Shown here piece after piece: positions 21,882 to 32,508 of a DNA stretch of 64,000 nucleotides (within the stretch, counting starts at the first letter, position 1; each line of letters opens with the position of its first letter). Position numbers and translations under genes: made by a program. Source of the stretch: an uncultured Gammaproteobacteria bacterium (GTDB lineage Bacteria; Pseudomonadota; Gammaproteobacteria; UBA9214); contig CAVQCA010000022.1 in NCBI GenBank assembly GCA_963710815.1, positions 9,872-73,871 of the forward strand, written 5' to 3'. The notes under the pieces are model-generated. The model made no database searches, was not told the origin of the DNA, and saw only the letters and a list, made by a program, of their open reading frames with translations.

Positions 21882-22554
21882 CTCCTCGTCATGGATTTAA
21901 CCGCCGCCGGGATGCGAAGAACGCGCTGAGGGTCGTTGCTTCAACGACCGTGACCGGCCGCCCTGTGTTCATCCGTTTATCGCTCCGCAGGGACATCGGA
22001 ACAATGATTGATGCGACGAATGGTTCCGGCAGTGAATCCCGGGCTGCGGACAGCTGTCTCAAGTGGCCGACCGCGACACCTTACTATATCGGAACAATGG
22101 TTATCCATAAAAAACGCCCCTGGGCGGGGCGTTAGGTAGCGTGGCGTTATGGGACTGCTTTTATTGGAGGGTTGGGTTTGCCACTGGTCATCAGAATAGG
22201 CCACTGTCACCCGCGGGTATATTGGCCTCAGGTGCATCAGACTTTGGTACCATCGGGTGGTGGACTTTGCCCTCCTGATTCGATAACAACGCCCCACGGG
22301 CGACCGGGCATTGCCTTGCCCCGGGTCGATTGTTTCCGGAAAAGGTCAGGGAATGTGTACCGGTCGGCACGCCATCTCGATGTACAACCCGGAGATGGTC
22401 AGCCGGGCTCCTTCATGATGTTTTTACGTATTGTGATCATCCGCTTCAATCACGTATATTCTGCGCACATGAGATGCACCGCTGGCGGAACCCTGGTCGG
22501 GGGACCACCGTCGGTCGATAACAAGGATTTGCAACAGAAACCTGTGGATAGACT

Positions 22555-23720
22555 ATGGAACGCGTAGGCCACGCCAGAATTCCGGTACACCTCAATGCCG
22601 TCCTGATCGGTGAGAAAACGGTTCCCAAGGGATGCAAGGTGCGAAATGTCAGCGACCAGGGCATGCTCCTGACATGCGATGCGGATGGCCGTATCCTGAC
22701 GTTCCGGGATGGTGATTCAGTCGACGTCCATCTGTTGTTCCAGCGGCCTGATGGAACGAAATATTTGTCCATTTCGGCCATCGTCAGGCACGTGGACGCC
22801 AACGGCATCGGTGTGATGTTCACCCATCCGGATGAGCAGCTCGTCAATCTGATCGAAACCTATCGCATCGACAAACCCCGGGATCCGGATGCGAGCATGG
22901 TGCATCAAGAAATGGCGCCGGAGCCTGTCCGGCCTGAGGCGGTGGTAACGAGTCCCGCTCCCGTTTTTTCAGGGCACGCCGACACGGAACAACCTCCGGT
23001 GGATACCGGCAGTCACCGTTACTATTATCTCGGTCTGCTTACCCTGGTGATGGCCATTGGCATCATCACGGCGGGTTATCTTGGCACCTCGGGCCTGGGT
23101 AAAGGCGTAAACGGGCTGGAAGCGCCTGGCTCTGGCTACGACCGCGAACCGCCCCGTTCCGGAATTCAGTCTCAACCCGGCTCCGATGGCGGGACGGGTG
23201 GCATTTCCAATGATAGCGAAATACCGCTGATATCGGCCGAATCGAATCCGAATCCGCGCCGGAGCAGGAAGGCACGGTGGATACACCGACACAGGTGGGC
23301 GTATCTGAACCCATCCTCCCGGGTGTGACGGCGGGCATACCCGTTACCGAAGAGACGGGCGGAGCTCCTGCGGCCGGACTAAGCCACGAGGAAGAAAACG
23401 TTGATTCTCTCACCATGGCGCCCGCAACGCCCGATGAACGGGAGACCGGTCAGGCAAAGACGAACGGTCATGCCGCTGAAGAACGCGGTCCCTGGGTAAT
23501 CAACCTGCTGTCATCCCCGAGCAAGAGCGAGGCGGACCGGTTCACAGAAAGAGCCAGGAAACAGGGCATCCCGGTTGAGCAGAGCAGTGTTATGCTGAAA
23601 GGCAGAATGCGCTACCGCGTGCAGTTAACCGGCTTTCAGACGGCAAGGCAGGCCAGTGATGACGCCGGCCCGGTCAAGGAAGCGCTCGGGTTGAAGGACG
23701 TGTGGATTTTCAGGCCCTGA
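22555..23720 (+). CDS. PilZ-like + transmembrane + SPOR-domain protein; frameshift near 23250-23280
   Basis: N-terminal ERVGHAR..NVSDQG..GIGVMF; TM YLGLLTLVMAIGIITAGY; C-terminal WVINLLS..YRVQLTGF..DVWI. Confidence 0.7.
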
Positions 23721-23860
23721 GGCCGGCCGGGCGGGTCTACCCCGCCGGCGCAGGACCGCAGGTGCGACAATGGGTGATCATTATAAAATCATCCATGGCA
23801 TGAATGGCATGGGGAGGTTGAATACCCCGGGGAACGGTCGATCACTGATTGGTTGAACAC

Positions 23861-24298
23861 ATGGCGGCATACAGCAATATTCTGGTGGCGGTGGATTTGT
23901 CCCCCGAGGCGAAGGCAGTGGTTGGTCGCGCCTGTGAACTCAGGAAGTCTTATGGGGCCGTGCTCAGCCTCATTCATGTCGTGGAGCCCATACTGCTTGG
24001 CGGGGACTACGAACTGGCGCCTGCGATGCCTGTCGAGATCGAGGATACGCTTTTGCAACGGGCAAAGGGGTATCTCGAGTCACTCGCCGGAGAAATGAAC
24101 ATCTCCGATGTTGAGCGGGTCGTCGAGGTTGGGTCAGTGAAACATGAAATCCTGCGTTTTGCCGAGAGACGCGGTTGCGACCTGATCGTGATCGGCTCCC
24201 ATGGCCGGCACGGTGTGGCCACCCTGCTTGGATCGACCGCCAACGCGGTGCTGCATGGGGCGGGGTGTGATATACTTTGCGTTCGTTTGGGTGTGTAG
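23861..24298 (+). CDS. Universal stress protein
   Basis: YSNILVAVD, LIHV, DLIVIGSHGRHG..LLGSTANAVLH. Confidence 0.93.
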   Translation: MAAYSNILVAVDLSPEAKAVVGRACELRKSYGAVLSLIHVVEPILLGGDYELAPAMPVEIEDTLLQRAKGYLESLAGEMNISDVERVVEVGSVKHEILRFAERRGCDLIVIGSHGRHGVATLLGSTANAVLHGAGCDILCVRLGV

Positions 24299-24533
24299 CT
24301 GGCCGTAACGCATGTTGCAAGCCTGCTGCGTTTGATCCCGAGGATCGCCCGGGACTTTCCCGTGAAGCGATGTCCGGTGGATACCATGAAATCCACGTGT
24401 TGGCAGGGGGGGCCCGTCTTGTGGTCTTTAAATGCGCCAGGAACGGGAATACGACTTTCGTTCAGTAGAAAATATTTGTCAGTTGTACAAGACTGGAGTT
24501 GCACAAGACTGGTCGGGAACGGGACTTGAGGAA

Positions 24534-24728
24534 ATGAGAGATCGCAGAAAGCAGAAGGACAGGCGTGGCTATGGCAAGCCGCCCTCGGAGGTTTGCGGAC
24601 GTAGTCGTTTTCCGGATCGTCGGCTTAACAACATTTCGGTCGAGTGGGTGCCCATGGGGCTGGTGCATTCCCACCCCCTGACGCATCGTGTCTTCGAGAT
24701 CACCCGCCGCGTATTCAATAAAAACTGA
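24534..24728 (+). CDS. Small DRR-motif protein (64 aa)
   Basis: GAGG RBS; MRDRRKQKDRR...PDRRLNNISVEWVP; homologous to 29687-29866. Confidence 0.7.
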   Translation: MRDRRKQKDRRGYGKPPSEVCGRSRFPDRRLNNISVEWVPMGLVHSHPLTHRVFEITRRVFNKN

Positions 24729-24773
24729 GAAACCCGGAGTCGTTGCGGCGTTTCCCGGCATGGCTGTTTCCTG

Positions 24774-25452
24774 TCAGGGGGCTGTGGTCTTACCCAATTC
24801 GCCGAGTGAGCTGGCAAGGTGATTGCGTGCGCTGGCTGCATCCACCAGAACAGCGGTAAACGGATAGGATGCCGTGAGCGTACTGACCAATTGTGTGGCG
24901 GCATTCACAAAAGCCGTGTTGTCGGAAAAATCCAGATACTGAATTGCCGTTGATACGGTCGCGTTCGACTGGATCGTCATGGTGTGTAATGCCGCGGGTA
25001 TGGTTATCACGTGGTCACCGGGTATTGCGTCCAGGGACTGCAGCAACCTGGCGATATTGATGACGGCTGGTGTATCTATCGTCCCGCCGCTTATCAGGTC
25101 AAGCGGGGTAATCACCGCTTTCCCACTGACTGCATTCCCCAGGGCGATTTCGCCGATGTAGAAACGAATGGTGCCGCCTTCCTCGTACTGGAATTCACCA
25201 GCTGGCGCCGGTAACTCCGGAAACCGACCCCGATACATAGCGTACTCCCTGTACGGGTGCATCGATCAGCTGGCCGGTTTTGACGACGACGACCGTACCG
25301 GAACCGTTGTTTTGCTTCGCATCGCATGAATCGTTGTTTGCTGACTTGCAGGAATTGTTGTTGCCTGAGCTGGCGACAAACACACATTGACTGCCTGTCA
25401 GCGCCAGTATGGCTACCATGACCAGCAGGAGCAGCGGGCGTTTCGGTATCAT
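24774..25452 (-). CDS. Exported/lipoprotein-like hypothetical protein (frameshift near 25200)
   Basis: Signal peptide with Cys; IDAPVQGVRYVSG..G.T..GEFQYEEGGTIRFYIGEIALG..NIARLLQSLD spans two frames. Confidence 0.7.
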
Positions 25453-25562
25453 GCGCGGTTATACATTCTGCAAATGGCGTTTCAGGCGGGTGGTGGCCGG
25501 TCTTTCGTCAATTCTAGCCCATCACGTTGACATGCGCGCTGCGCTACCCCCAGGATTGTTAC

Positions 25563-26483
25563 ATGAGTTCGGAAATCGACGATATCATCTCGCAGGTTGG
25601 CACCATCATTCTGGGCAAGCGTCACCAACTGCGCCTTGCGCTTGCCTGTCTGCTGGCCCGCGGGCACCTGCTGATCGAGGATCTGCCCGGTGTGGGCAAG
25701 ACCATGCTGGCACACGCACTCGCCACGACACTCGGCCTGCAATACCAGCGTATCCAGTTCACCAGCGACCTGCTGCCTGCCGATATCCTCGGCGTTTCCA
25801 TCTATAACCGTGAAAACGGGAGCTTCCAGTTTCACCCTGGCCCGGTCTTTTCGCAACTCGTTCTGGCGGATGAAATCAACCGCGCCACGCCCAAGACGCA
25901 AAGTGCGCTGCTCGAGGCCATGGAGGAGCATCAGGTAACCGTGGAAGGGGAGACCCGTCGACTGCCGCAGCCGTTTTTCGTCATCGCCACGCAGAATCCG
26001 CTCTACCAGATCGGCACCTTCCAGCTGCCGGAATCGCAGCTGGACCGTTTCCTGATGCGGATCGAACTCGGGTATCCCGACGATCAGTCCGAACGCATCC
26101 TGCTGCAGGGCGAGGATCGCCGCAAACTCCTTCAGGAGATCACCCCGGTCTTGTCCACGGAACGACTGCAGGAACTGCAATCGCTGGTTGACAGGGTCCA
26201 CGCCTCGGATGCCCTGCTGGATTACCTGCAGGCACTGCTTGGCTTCAGCCGTCGTGCGCCGCACTACCAGAACGGTCTGTCGCCACGCGCCGGGCTGGCT
26301 TTGCTGCACAGCGCCAGGGCCTGGGCCTTCCTCGAAGGCCGTGATCTGGTGTTGCCCGAAGACCTGCAGGCCGTGCTGCCGGCGGTAATCGGACACCGCC
26401 TGCAACCCGCGACGGAGCAATCCGAGTCCCTGTCTGTGCCGGAGCGGCTGCGCCTGTTTCTGGCGTCGGTCCCGATTCCCTGA
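25563..26483 (+). CDS. MoxR-family AAA+ ATPase
   Basis: HLLIEDLPGVGKT, RIQFTSDLLPADI, LADEINRATPKTQSALLEAM. Confidence 0.95.
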   Translation: MSSEIDDIISQVGTIILGKRHQLRLALACLLARGHLLIEDLPGVGKTMLAHALATTLGLQYQRIQFTSDLLPADILGVSIYNRENGSFQFHPGPVFSQLVLADEINRATPKTQSALLEAMEEHQVTVEGETRRLPQPFFVIATQNPLYQIGTFQLPESQLDRFLMRIELGYPDDQSERILLQGEDRRKLLQEITPVLSTERLQELQSLVDRVHASDALLDYLQALLGFSRRAPHYQNGLSPRAGLALLHSARAWAFLEGRDLVLPEDLQAVLPAVIGHRLQPATEQSESLSVPERLRLFLASVPIP

Positions 26484-26556
26484 CGCCGTTGCTCGTCCTG
26501 TGGATATGCAGCTGTTGCACCCGGCATATTACCGGGTGCAATACCGGTGATACTTT

Positions 26557-27510
26557 ATGCGGACGCTGACATTACGCCAACGATTCAAGCTGGTACGTTT
26601 TACACGTGGCCTGGGGCCCGAGGACGGCCCGATCAGTCTGGACCGTTCCCGTGTCTTCATCCTGCCCACCGGCAGCGGGTTGGCATTCTTCGTCATGCTG
26701 CTCGTGATGCTGTTCGGCTCGATCAACTACAACAACAGCCTTGGACACATGTTTACCTTCCTGCTCGGCAGCATGGTAACGGTCTCCATACTCCATACCT
26801 ACCGCAACCTGGCCATGCTGGGTTTTGCCGTTGGCAGGGCCCGACCGGTATTCGCCGGCGAACGCGCCGGTTACGAAATCCTGGTGGCCAATCCCGGTGC
26901 ATTTCCACGCGCCGGAATCAGTCTGGAGGTCGCGGACCAGCCACCCGTCAACATCGATCCGGGGCCGCAGGAGACAATCCCGATCACGCTGTACCGTGAT
27001 ACCGCCAGGCGTGGTGTGCTGGCTTTGGGGCGCTGCAGGGTTTCATCGTGTTACCCGCTGGGGCTGTTCAGGGCCTGGGCTTATGTGGAGCTGCACATGC
27101 AATGCCTGGTCTATCCGCGACCCGGCCCGCCGCGCCGGCTATCGCAACGCGTGGCCTACAAGCCCAGCCTGTCCGGCGACAAGGGCAGGGGAGTGGATGA
27201 TTTTGCAGGCTTCCGTCCTTACCGGCCCGGCGATTCGCCGCGCCGTTTGTTCTGGAAGGCGGCGGCTCGTGAACAGGCCCTGCTCGTCAAGCAATTCAGC
27301 GGCGACCGGGAAGACGAGCTCTGGCTGGACTGGCATGACCTGGAGGGTCTGGACACCGAGACCCGCCTCAGCCAGTTGTGCCGTTGGGTGCTTGATGCGG
27401 AGCATAACCGGCAATGCTATGGACTTCGCCTGCCCGGTACGGAAATTCCCGTCGCCAGCGGGGATGTCCATCAACAGCGTTGCCTTGAGGCGCTGGCGCG
27501 CTTTGAATGA
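26557..27510 (+). CDS. DUF58 family protein
   Basis: FILPT, INYNNSL, YPLGLFRAW, DFAGFRPYRPGDS..WK; follows moxR. Confidence 0.9.
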   Translation: MRTLTLRQRFKLVRFTRGLGPEDGPISLDRSRVFILPTGSGLAFFVMLLVMLFGSINYNNSLGHMFTFLLGSMVTVSILHTYRNLAMLGFAVGRARPVFAGERAGYEILVANPGAFPRAGISLEVADQPPVNIDPGPQETIPITLYRDTARRGVLALGRCRVSSCYPLGLFRAWAYVELHMQCLVYPRPGPPRRLSQRVAYKPSLSGDKGRGVDDFAGFRPYRPGDSPRRLFWKAAAREQALLVKQFSGDREDELWLDWHDLEGLDTETRLSQLCRWVLDAEHNRQCYGLRLPGTEIPVASGDVHQQRCLEALARFE

Positions 27511-29527
27511 ATACTTGCGAAATTCCGGTACACCCCTGAGTGCACGGGCGCAACTGTGGATGCTCACCTCGCTGACGCTGGTGATGCTGCCGCACGCCAC
27601 GCGACTGCCGTGGTGGATCCTGCTGTTCGTATCCGGCATCCTCGCCATGCGTTTATTGCAACTGCGGTCATCCGGCGGGAAGACACCACGCCTGCTGGTT
27701 TCAGCCGCCACGCTGGCGGGCGCCGCCGGAGTGTATCTGCAATATGGTACCCTGCTGGGGAAGAACGCCGGTGTGGCGCTGCTGGTTGTCATGCTGGCAC
27801 TCAAACTGCTCGAACAGCAGCGCTCGAGAGATGTTCTGCTGGTAATCTTCCTCGGCTATTTCCTCGTTATCACCAACTTCCTGTTTACGCAGACGCCGTT
27901 CATTGCAATCTACATGATGCTGGCCACGCTGGTCATCACGGCATCCCTTGCGGTTGCCACACAATCACGGCCCATACACCGGGTTACCGGCGAGTTGCGA
28001 TTCGCCGCGACATTGATGGCCCAGGCAGTGCCTCTCATGCTGGTGCTGTTCGTCTTTTTTCCGCGCGTCACCGGTCCGATCTGGGGGTTGCCAAAGGACG
28101 CGTATTCCGGAGTAACGGGTTTGAGTGACAGTATGAGCCCCGGAAGTATCAGTCAGCTGGTGCAATCCGGGGCGCCGGCATTCCGGGTGTCATTTTCAGG
28201 CGCCGTCCCACCGGCGCGGGAGCGCTACTGGCGCGGGCCGGTGCTGTGGCATACCGATGGCCGGACCTGGTCGGCCGGCCGGACGGCAGCTCTGCGGCGT
28301 CCTGTGACGAATCAAGGCATGCAGACCGTGGGTAAAGCCGTGCATCAGACAATTACACTGGAGGGCCAGGACACCCGCTGGCTGGTCGGTCTGGATGTGC
28401 CGGTAGAGGTATCGATCCCGGCAGTTCATACCGCCGGTTTCCAGTGGCTGTCGAAGAGGACGCTTCGCGAACGCACCCGTTATGAAGTGACCTCGTACCT
28501 GCGCCTGCAGACAGGGAAGCTCGATCCCGGGTTGAGGGAGGCCGCATTACAGCTACCCGATAAACTCAGCAAGCGTATCAGGGCGCTGGCGCGCAGCTGG
28601 CGCAACGGCGCCGCTACAGACAGTGAGGTGATGCAGCGGGCGCTCGAATATTTCCATAACGAGCCGTTCGTCTATACCCTGACCCCGCCGCTGCTCGGCC
28701 AGGACCCGCTGGATGAATTCCTGTTTTCCTCACGCCGGGGATTCTGCGAGCATTACGCCGCCGCGTTTGTCGTATTGATGCGCAGTGCCGGCATACCTGC
28801 CCGTGTCGTCACCGGTTATCAGGGTGGAGAATACAACCCGGTGGGGGATTACTGGCTGATTCGCCAATCCGATGCTCATGCCTGGGCGGAGATATGGCTG
28901 GCCGGGACGGGATGGAAGCGCGTCGATCCGACCGCCGCCGTGGCGCCCGAGCGCATCGAGCATGCGCTTGATCCGGGTATCCAGCTCTCGGGCGCCCCGG
29001 TTCTCTTTCGGGCGAACGAAAACAGCCTGTTATCCCGTGGCTGGCGGCGACTGCGCTATTCGCTGGACGCCATCAACAGCAACTGGGACCAATGGGTTCT
29101 GTCCTATGGGCCTGAACTGCAACGAGAGGTGCTCACGAGATTCGGGTTTGGCCAACCTTCCTGGAAGGATATGACCCTGGTGCTGGTCATTCTCGTCAGT
29201 GTCCTGCTGACCGGCATAGCCGGGTGGATGCTGGTGAAAACACCGTCAGCGTCCGACCCCGTACTGCTTGCCTACAGGATGTTTTGCACACGTGTGGCTC
29301 GCCTTGGCATTCAGCGCCAGTGTGGTGAAGGCCCGCTGGATTTCTCGCGCCGCATCATATCGGCGCGTCCCGACCTCGCACCTCAGGTGAGACGGATTAC
29401 GGATTTGTTTATCGTGTTGCGTTACGGCTGGCCGACGACTGACCCGGGACGTCACATTGCCCGGTTGCGGCGACTGGCGCACCGCTTTCCGCGCGATGCG
29501 GTACAAAAACCTCTCGGCAGGCGTTAA
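27503..29527 (+). CDS. Membrane transglutaminase-like protein (TgpA/DUF3488 type); start approximate
   Basis: N-terminal TMs, RYWRGPVL, GFCEHYAAAF, DAHAWAE, DPT. Confidence 0.9.
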   Translation: MNEYLRNSGTPLSARAQLWMLTSLTLVMLPHATRLPWWILLFVSGILAMRLLQLRSSGGKTPRLLVSAATLAGAAGVYLQYGTLLGKNAGVALLVVMLALKLLEQQRSRDVLLVIFLGYFLVITNFLFTQTPFIAIYMMLATLVITASLAVATQSRPIHRVTGELRFAATLMAQAVPLMLVLFVFFPRVTGPIWGLPKDAYSGVTGLSDSMSPGSISQLVQSGAPAFRVSFSGAVPPARERYWRGPVLWHTDGRTWSAGRTAALRRPVTNQGMQTVGKAVHQTITLEGQDTRWLVGLDVPVEVSIPAVHTAGFQWLSKRTLRERTRYEVTSYLRLQTGKLDPGLREAALQLPDKLSKRIRALARSWRNGAATDSEVMQRALEYFHNEPFVYTLTPPLLGQDPLDEFLFSSRRGFCEHYAAAFVVLMRSAGIPARVVTGYQGGEYNPVGDYWLIRQSDAHAWAEIWLAGTGWKRVDPTAAVAPERIEHALDPGIQLSGAPVLFRANENSLLSRGWRRLRYSLDAINSNWDQWVLSYGPELQREVLTRFGFGQPSWKDMTLVLVILVSVLLTGIAGWMLVKTPSASDPVLLAYRMFCTRVARLGIQRQCGEGPLDFSRRIISARPDLAPQVRRITDLFIVLRYGWPTTDPGRHIARLRRLAHRFPRDAVQKPLGRR

Positions 29528-29543
29528 GGAATCCTGTTAAGGC

Positions 29544-29676
29544 GAATAGCACTAAGTTAAGCCTGATCACACCCCTATGGCCACGGAACACACGGAAAAA
29601 CACGGAATACAGGCTCTTCTTTCCGTGTCTTTTCCGTGGCTATTTATCGGGCTTGGGTCTTAACTAAGTGCCATTC
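29544..29676. mobile_element. IS4-like MITE (133 bp) carrying a CACGGAA hairpin
   Basis: 18-bp TIRs GAATAGCACTAAGTTAAG / CTTAACTAAGTGCCATTC (16/18); direct repeat CTGTTAAGGC at 29534-29543 and 29677-29686. Confidence 0.88.
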
Positions 29677-29686
29677 CTGTTAAGGC

Positions 29687-29866
29687 CTACTCAATGCTGG
29701 AGTTGTAATAAACATCGAGGGGAATGAACTCCACCTGGATGCTATTCAGACGCCTGTCAGGGATTCTGCGGCGATCCACCGGCTTTGTCCCGACCTTCGT
29801 GTCCAGGGCGGCAAATGTCTGCGCGCGACCCAGATCGCGTCTCTCTTGATGCCTTCTTTCTTTCAT
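29687..29866 (-). CDS. Small DRR-motif protein (59 aa, below the ORF-track cutoff)
   Basis: MKERRHQERR...VDRRRIPDRRLNSIQVEFIPLDVYYNSSIE*, translated by hand. Confidence 0.7.
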   Translation of the reverse strand: MKERRHQERRDLGRAQTFAALDTKVGTKPVDRRRIPDRRLNSIQVEFIPLDVYYNSSIE

Positions 29867-29971
29867 TATGGCATTACGTACCCCGGCTCGATACGCTCCT
29901 CATTGTTTGTTATTGAATACAAATATTTTTACATATTATAGTCCATGATTACAGTATCGATTGCTTTTGCC

Positions 29972-29985
29972 TTGATCCATATCAA
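29972..29985. promoter_or_regulatory. FNR/CRP-family box
   Basis: Perfect TTGAT-CCAT-ATCAA in an AT-rich intergenic region. Confidence 0.6.
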
Positions 29986-30155
29986 GAAATTCTATATCTC
30001 CCGTCGGCGGATCGCTTCCCCGGCGATGCCTTCAGAACACAAACCCGCCAGGGTATGCCGCATGCCGGGATGTCCGGGGATTTTGTATGTGACTCGGGAA
30101 AACGTACAAAATCAAGCGATCTGATTATCGCTTGTGTCGCAAGGCAGGCGCGCTC

Positions 30156-30344
30156 TCAGGTGAGCTTGTAGAATGTCAACCAGGGCATTTCCGATAACAG
30201 CAGCTGGCGTTCTTCTTCCTCCAGGTTGCCCAGACGGCGATCTCTTGTTTTGCGTCGATCCATAGTTACATAGTCATGTGCGCTGTCTTCCAGCGGGAAC
30301 GTGACAATGGAATGGGAATGCCGCCTTTCTTTTAGATTTCTCAT
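30156..30344 (-). CDS. Small DRR-motif protein (62 aa)
   Basis: KERR...FPLED...MDRRKTRDRRLGN; G-rich RBS upstream. Confidence 0.65.
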   Translation of the reverse strand: MRNLKERRHSHSIVTFPLEDSAHDYVTMDRRKTRDRRLGNLEEEERQLLLSEMPWLTFYKLT

Positions 30345-30900
30345 GACTTACCCCCCACTGCGCAGCGAGACACCGGGACTGGCTCGACGGGTTATCGGCT
30401 GATTTGGCCCAGTCCTTGAATTCAACTATAGCAATAGCATGAGAAATCCTCTGTTGAAAGCGGTAATTTTTACCGGTTATACGGCAGCCTCCGGGTCGTC
30501 AGTGACGGGATACACCGGTTCCGCGGGTGTGGTCCCCGTGCGGCGTGCTCGGGATGGATGCTCCAGCCGGGGTTTTTCTGAACTTCCATGATGACCGTCA
30601 CATTTCTGCTTGCGGGTTCTTTGAATCATCGCTGTCCGGTCGATAAGGCCGTTATCAAACGCCTTTTTCCGTTGAACGCGTGTATTCCGGCAACTTATCG
30701 AGGTCTGACAGAAGTGCGTATCACACCCTGGAGGAAAATGTTCAATTCTTTCGGTTTCATCACCATCGTGGTGTTTGTGTTTGCTTTCCTGAGCACAATG
30801 GCGTTCCCCTCGACGGATGCGGGTCGGAAATGGGCCGTGGCCCATACCCTGGCCCAATCCCATAGGCTCCTCCGCTCAGTCGACGACCACGGTATTCCCG

Positions 30901-32142
30901 TCAATCCGGAGATTGCCGGGCGTAGCGGCGCTGCACGTAATCATCCACCAGTTGCTGGAAGTCTGTGGCGATCGTCTCACCCTTGAGTGTGACGGTCTTT
31001 TCCCCGTCCACATAGACCGGTGCGACCGGTATCTCGCCGGTGCCCGGCAGGCTGATGCCGATATTGGCGTGCTTGCTTTCGCCGGGACCGTTGACTACGC
31101 AGCCCATGACGGCGACGGTCATTTCCTCTACGCCGGGATAGCGCATGCGCCAGAGCGGCATCTGCCGGCGCAAATGGTCCTGGATGTCACGGGCGAGCTG
31201 CTGGAAGTAATGGCTGGTCGTGCGTCCGCATCCCGGACAGGCGACGACCGCCGGGGTGAAATGCCGCAGTTGCATAGCCTGCAGCAATTCCTGCGCGACG
31301 AGGACCTCCCGGGTGCGTTCACCGCCCGGTTCCGGAGTGAGGGAGATGCGGATGGTGTCGCCGATGCCCTCCTGCAGCAGCACGGCGAGCGCGGCCGTTG
31401 ATGCCACGATGCCTTTCGACCCCATGCCGGCTTCGGTGAGTCCCAGGTGCAGGGCATGGTCAGAGCGTGCCGCCAGTTCACGGTACACGGAGATCAGGTC
31501 CTGGACCCCGCTCATCTTGGCCGACAGGACGATGTGATCACGCGCAAGACCGAGTGCCTCGGCACGGGTGGCGTTTTCCAGGGCCGAGGTGACCATAATC
31601 TCGTGGATGATCCGGCGCGAGTCCAGGGGGTCGCCGCGCCTTGCGTTTTCATCCATGATTCGGGCCACAAGCGCCTGATCGAGGCTGCCCCAGTTGACGC
31701 CGATGCGTACCGGTTTGTCGTAGCGGCAGGCTGTTTCGATCATGGTGGCGAATTGCTCATCGCGTTTCCGGCCGCGTCCGACGTTGCCCGGATTGATCCG
31801 GTATTTGGCGAGTGCCTGCGCGCATGGCGGATGGTTCGCCAGCAGCTTGTGCCCGTTGAAATGAAAGTCGCCAATCAGCGGTACGTGCTCGCCGCGCTGA
31901 AGCAGGTTCTCGTGGATAAAGGGTACGGCCCGTGCGGCCTCGTCCGAGTTGACGGTGATGCGCACCAGTTCCGAACCGGCCCGCGAGAGTTCGATGACCT
32001 GTTGCGTCGTGGCGGCGACGTCGGCGGTGTCGGTATTGGTCATCGACTGCACCACGACCGGTGCGCCGCCGCCGAGGGTCACATTGCCGACGCGCACGGC
32101 GATGCTGCGGCGGATTTTGCTGGAGGTGGCGGGTTCGGACAT
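30901..32142 (-). CDS. ispG: HMBPP synthase IspG
   Basis: [52 protein letters not shown]. Confidence 0.97.
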   Translation of the reverse strand: MSEPATSSKIRRSIAVRVGNVTLGGGAPVVVQSMTNTDTADVAATTQQVIELSRAGSELVRITVNSDEAARAVPFIHENLLQRGEHVPLIGDFHFNGHKLLANHPPCAQALAKYRINPGNVGRGRKRDEQFATMIETACRYDKPVRIGVNWGSLDQALVARIMDENARRGDPLDSRRIIHEIMVTSALENATRAEALGLARDHIVLSAKMSGVQDLISVYRELAARSDHALHLGLTEAGMGSKGIVASTAALAVLLQEGIGDTIRISLTPEPGGERTREVLVAQELLQAMQLRHFTPAVVACPGCGRTTSHYFQQLARDIQDHLRRQMPLWRMRYPGVEEMTVAVMGCVVNGPGESKHANIGISLPGTGEIPVAPVYVDGEKTVTLKGETIATDFQQLVDDYVQRRYARQSPD

Positions 32143-32508
32143 GTATGAATGAGTGTGTCTGGATTGCCTGCGGTGTCACCCGGCGCTTCGGCTGGTCCCG
32201 GTGCGGTCGGTTCGGGCGGCTGCCTGGCGGCGGCCAGAAGGCGAGCAACCCACCCGCCACGATCAGCGCCCCCCCATGATAATCGATTTCCGCCGCGGGC
32301 ACAGGCCAGGGGTTGTGTGTATCGGTGACAGCGGTCGTCTTGCGGCATATCCTCCTCACAGGGTGGGGGGCTCCGGTCCATGGCGACATGTCGAGCCGTC
32401 GGGTAATGCGGAATCTTTTTGATTTAATGGTCTTTATTATGTTTCCTCCTGCCGGAGGCCGGCATTCTTCCCGGTGTCCAGCGATGCTAATGGAAGGAAC
32501 ACCGCCGC

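Noticed and set aside
30588-30986. Small membrane protein gene (MFNSFGFITIVVFVFAFL...)
   Set aside because: The hydrophobic stretch is suggestive, but the ORF overlaps the ispG 3' end and has no recognisable homology; unsupported.
32150-32460. Small ORF or CsrB-like RNA upstream of ispG (two AGGAGG on the minus strand)
   Set aside because: Too few GGA hairpins for CsrB/Rsm RNAs, and the ORF after GAGGAGGATATG has no recognisable features.
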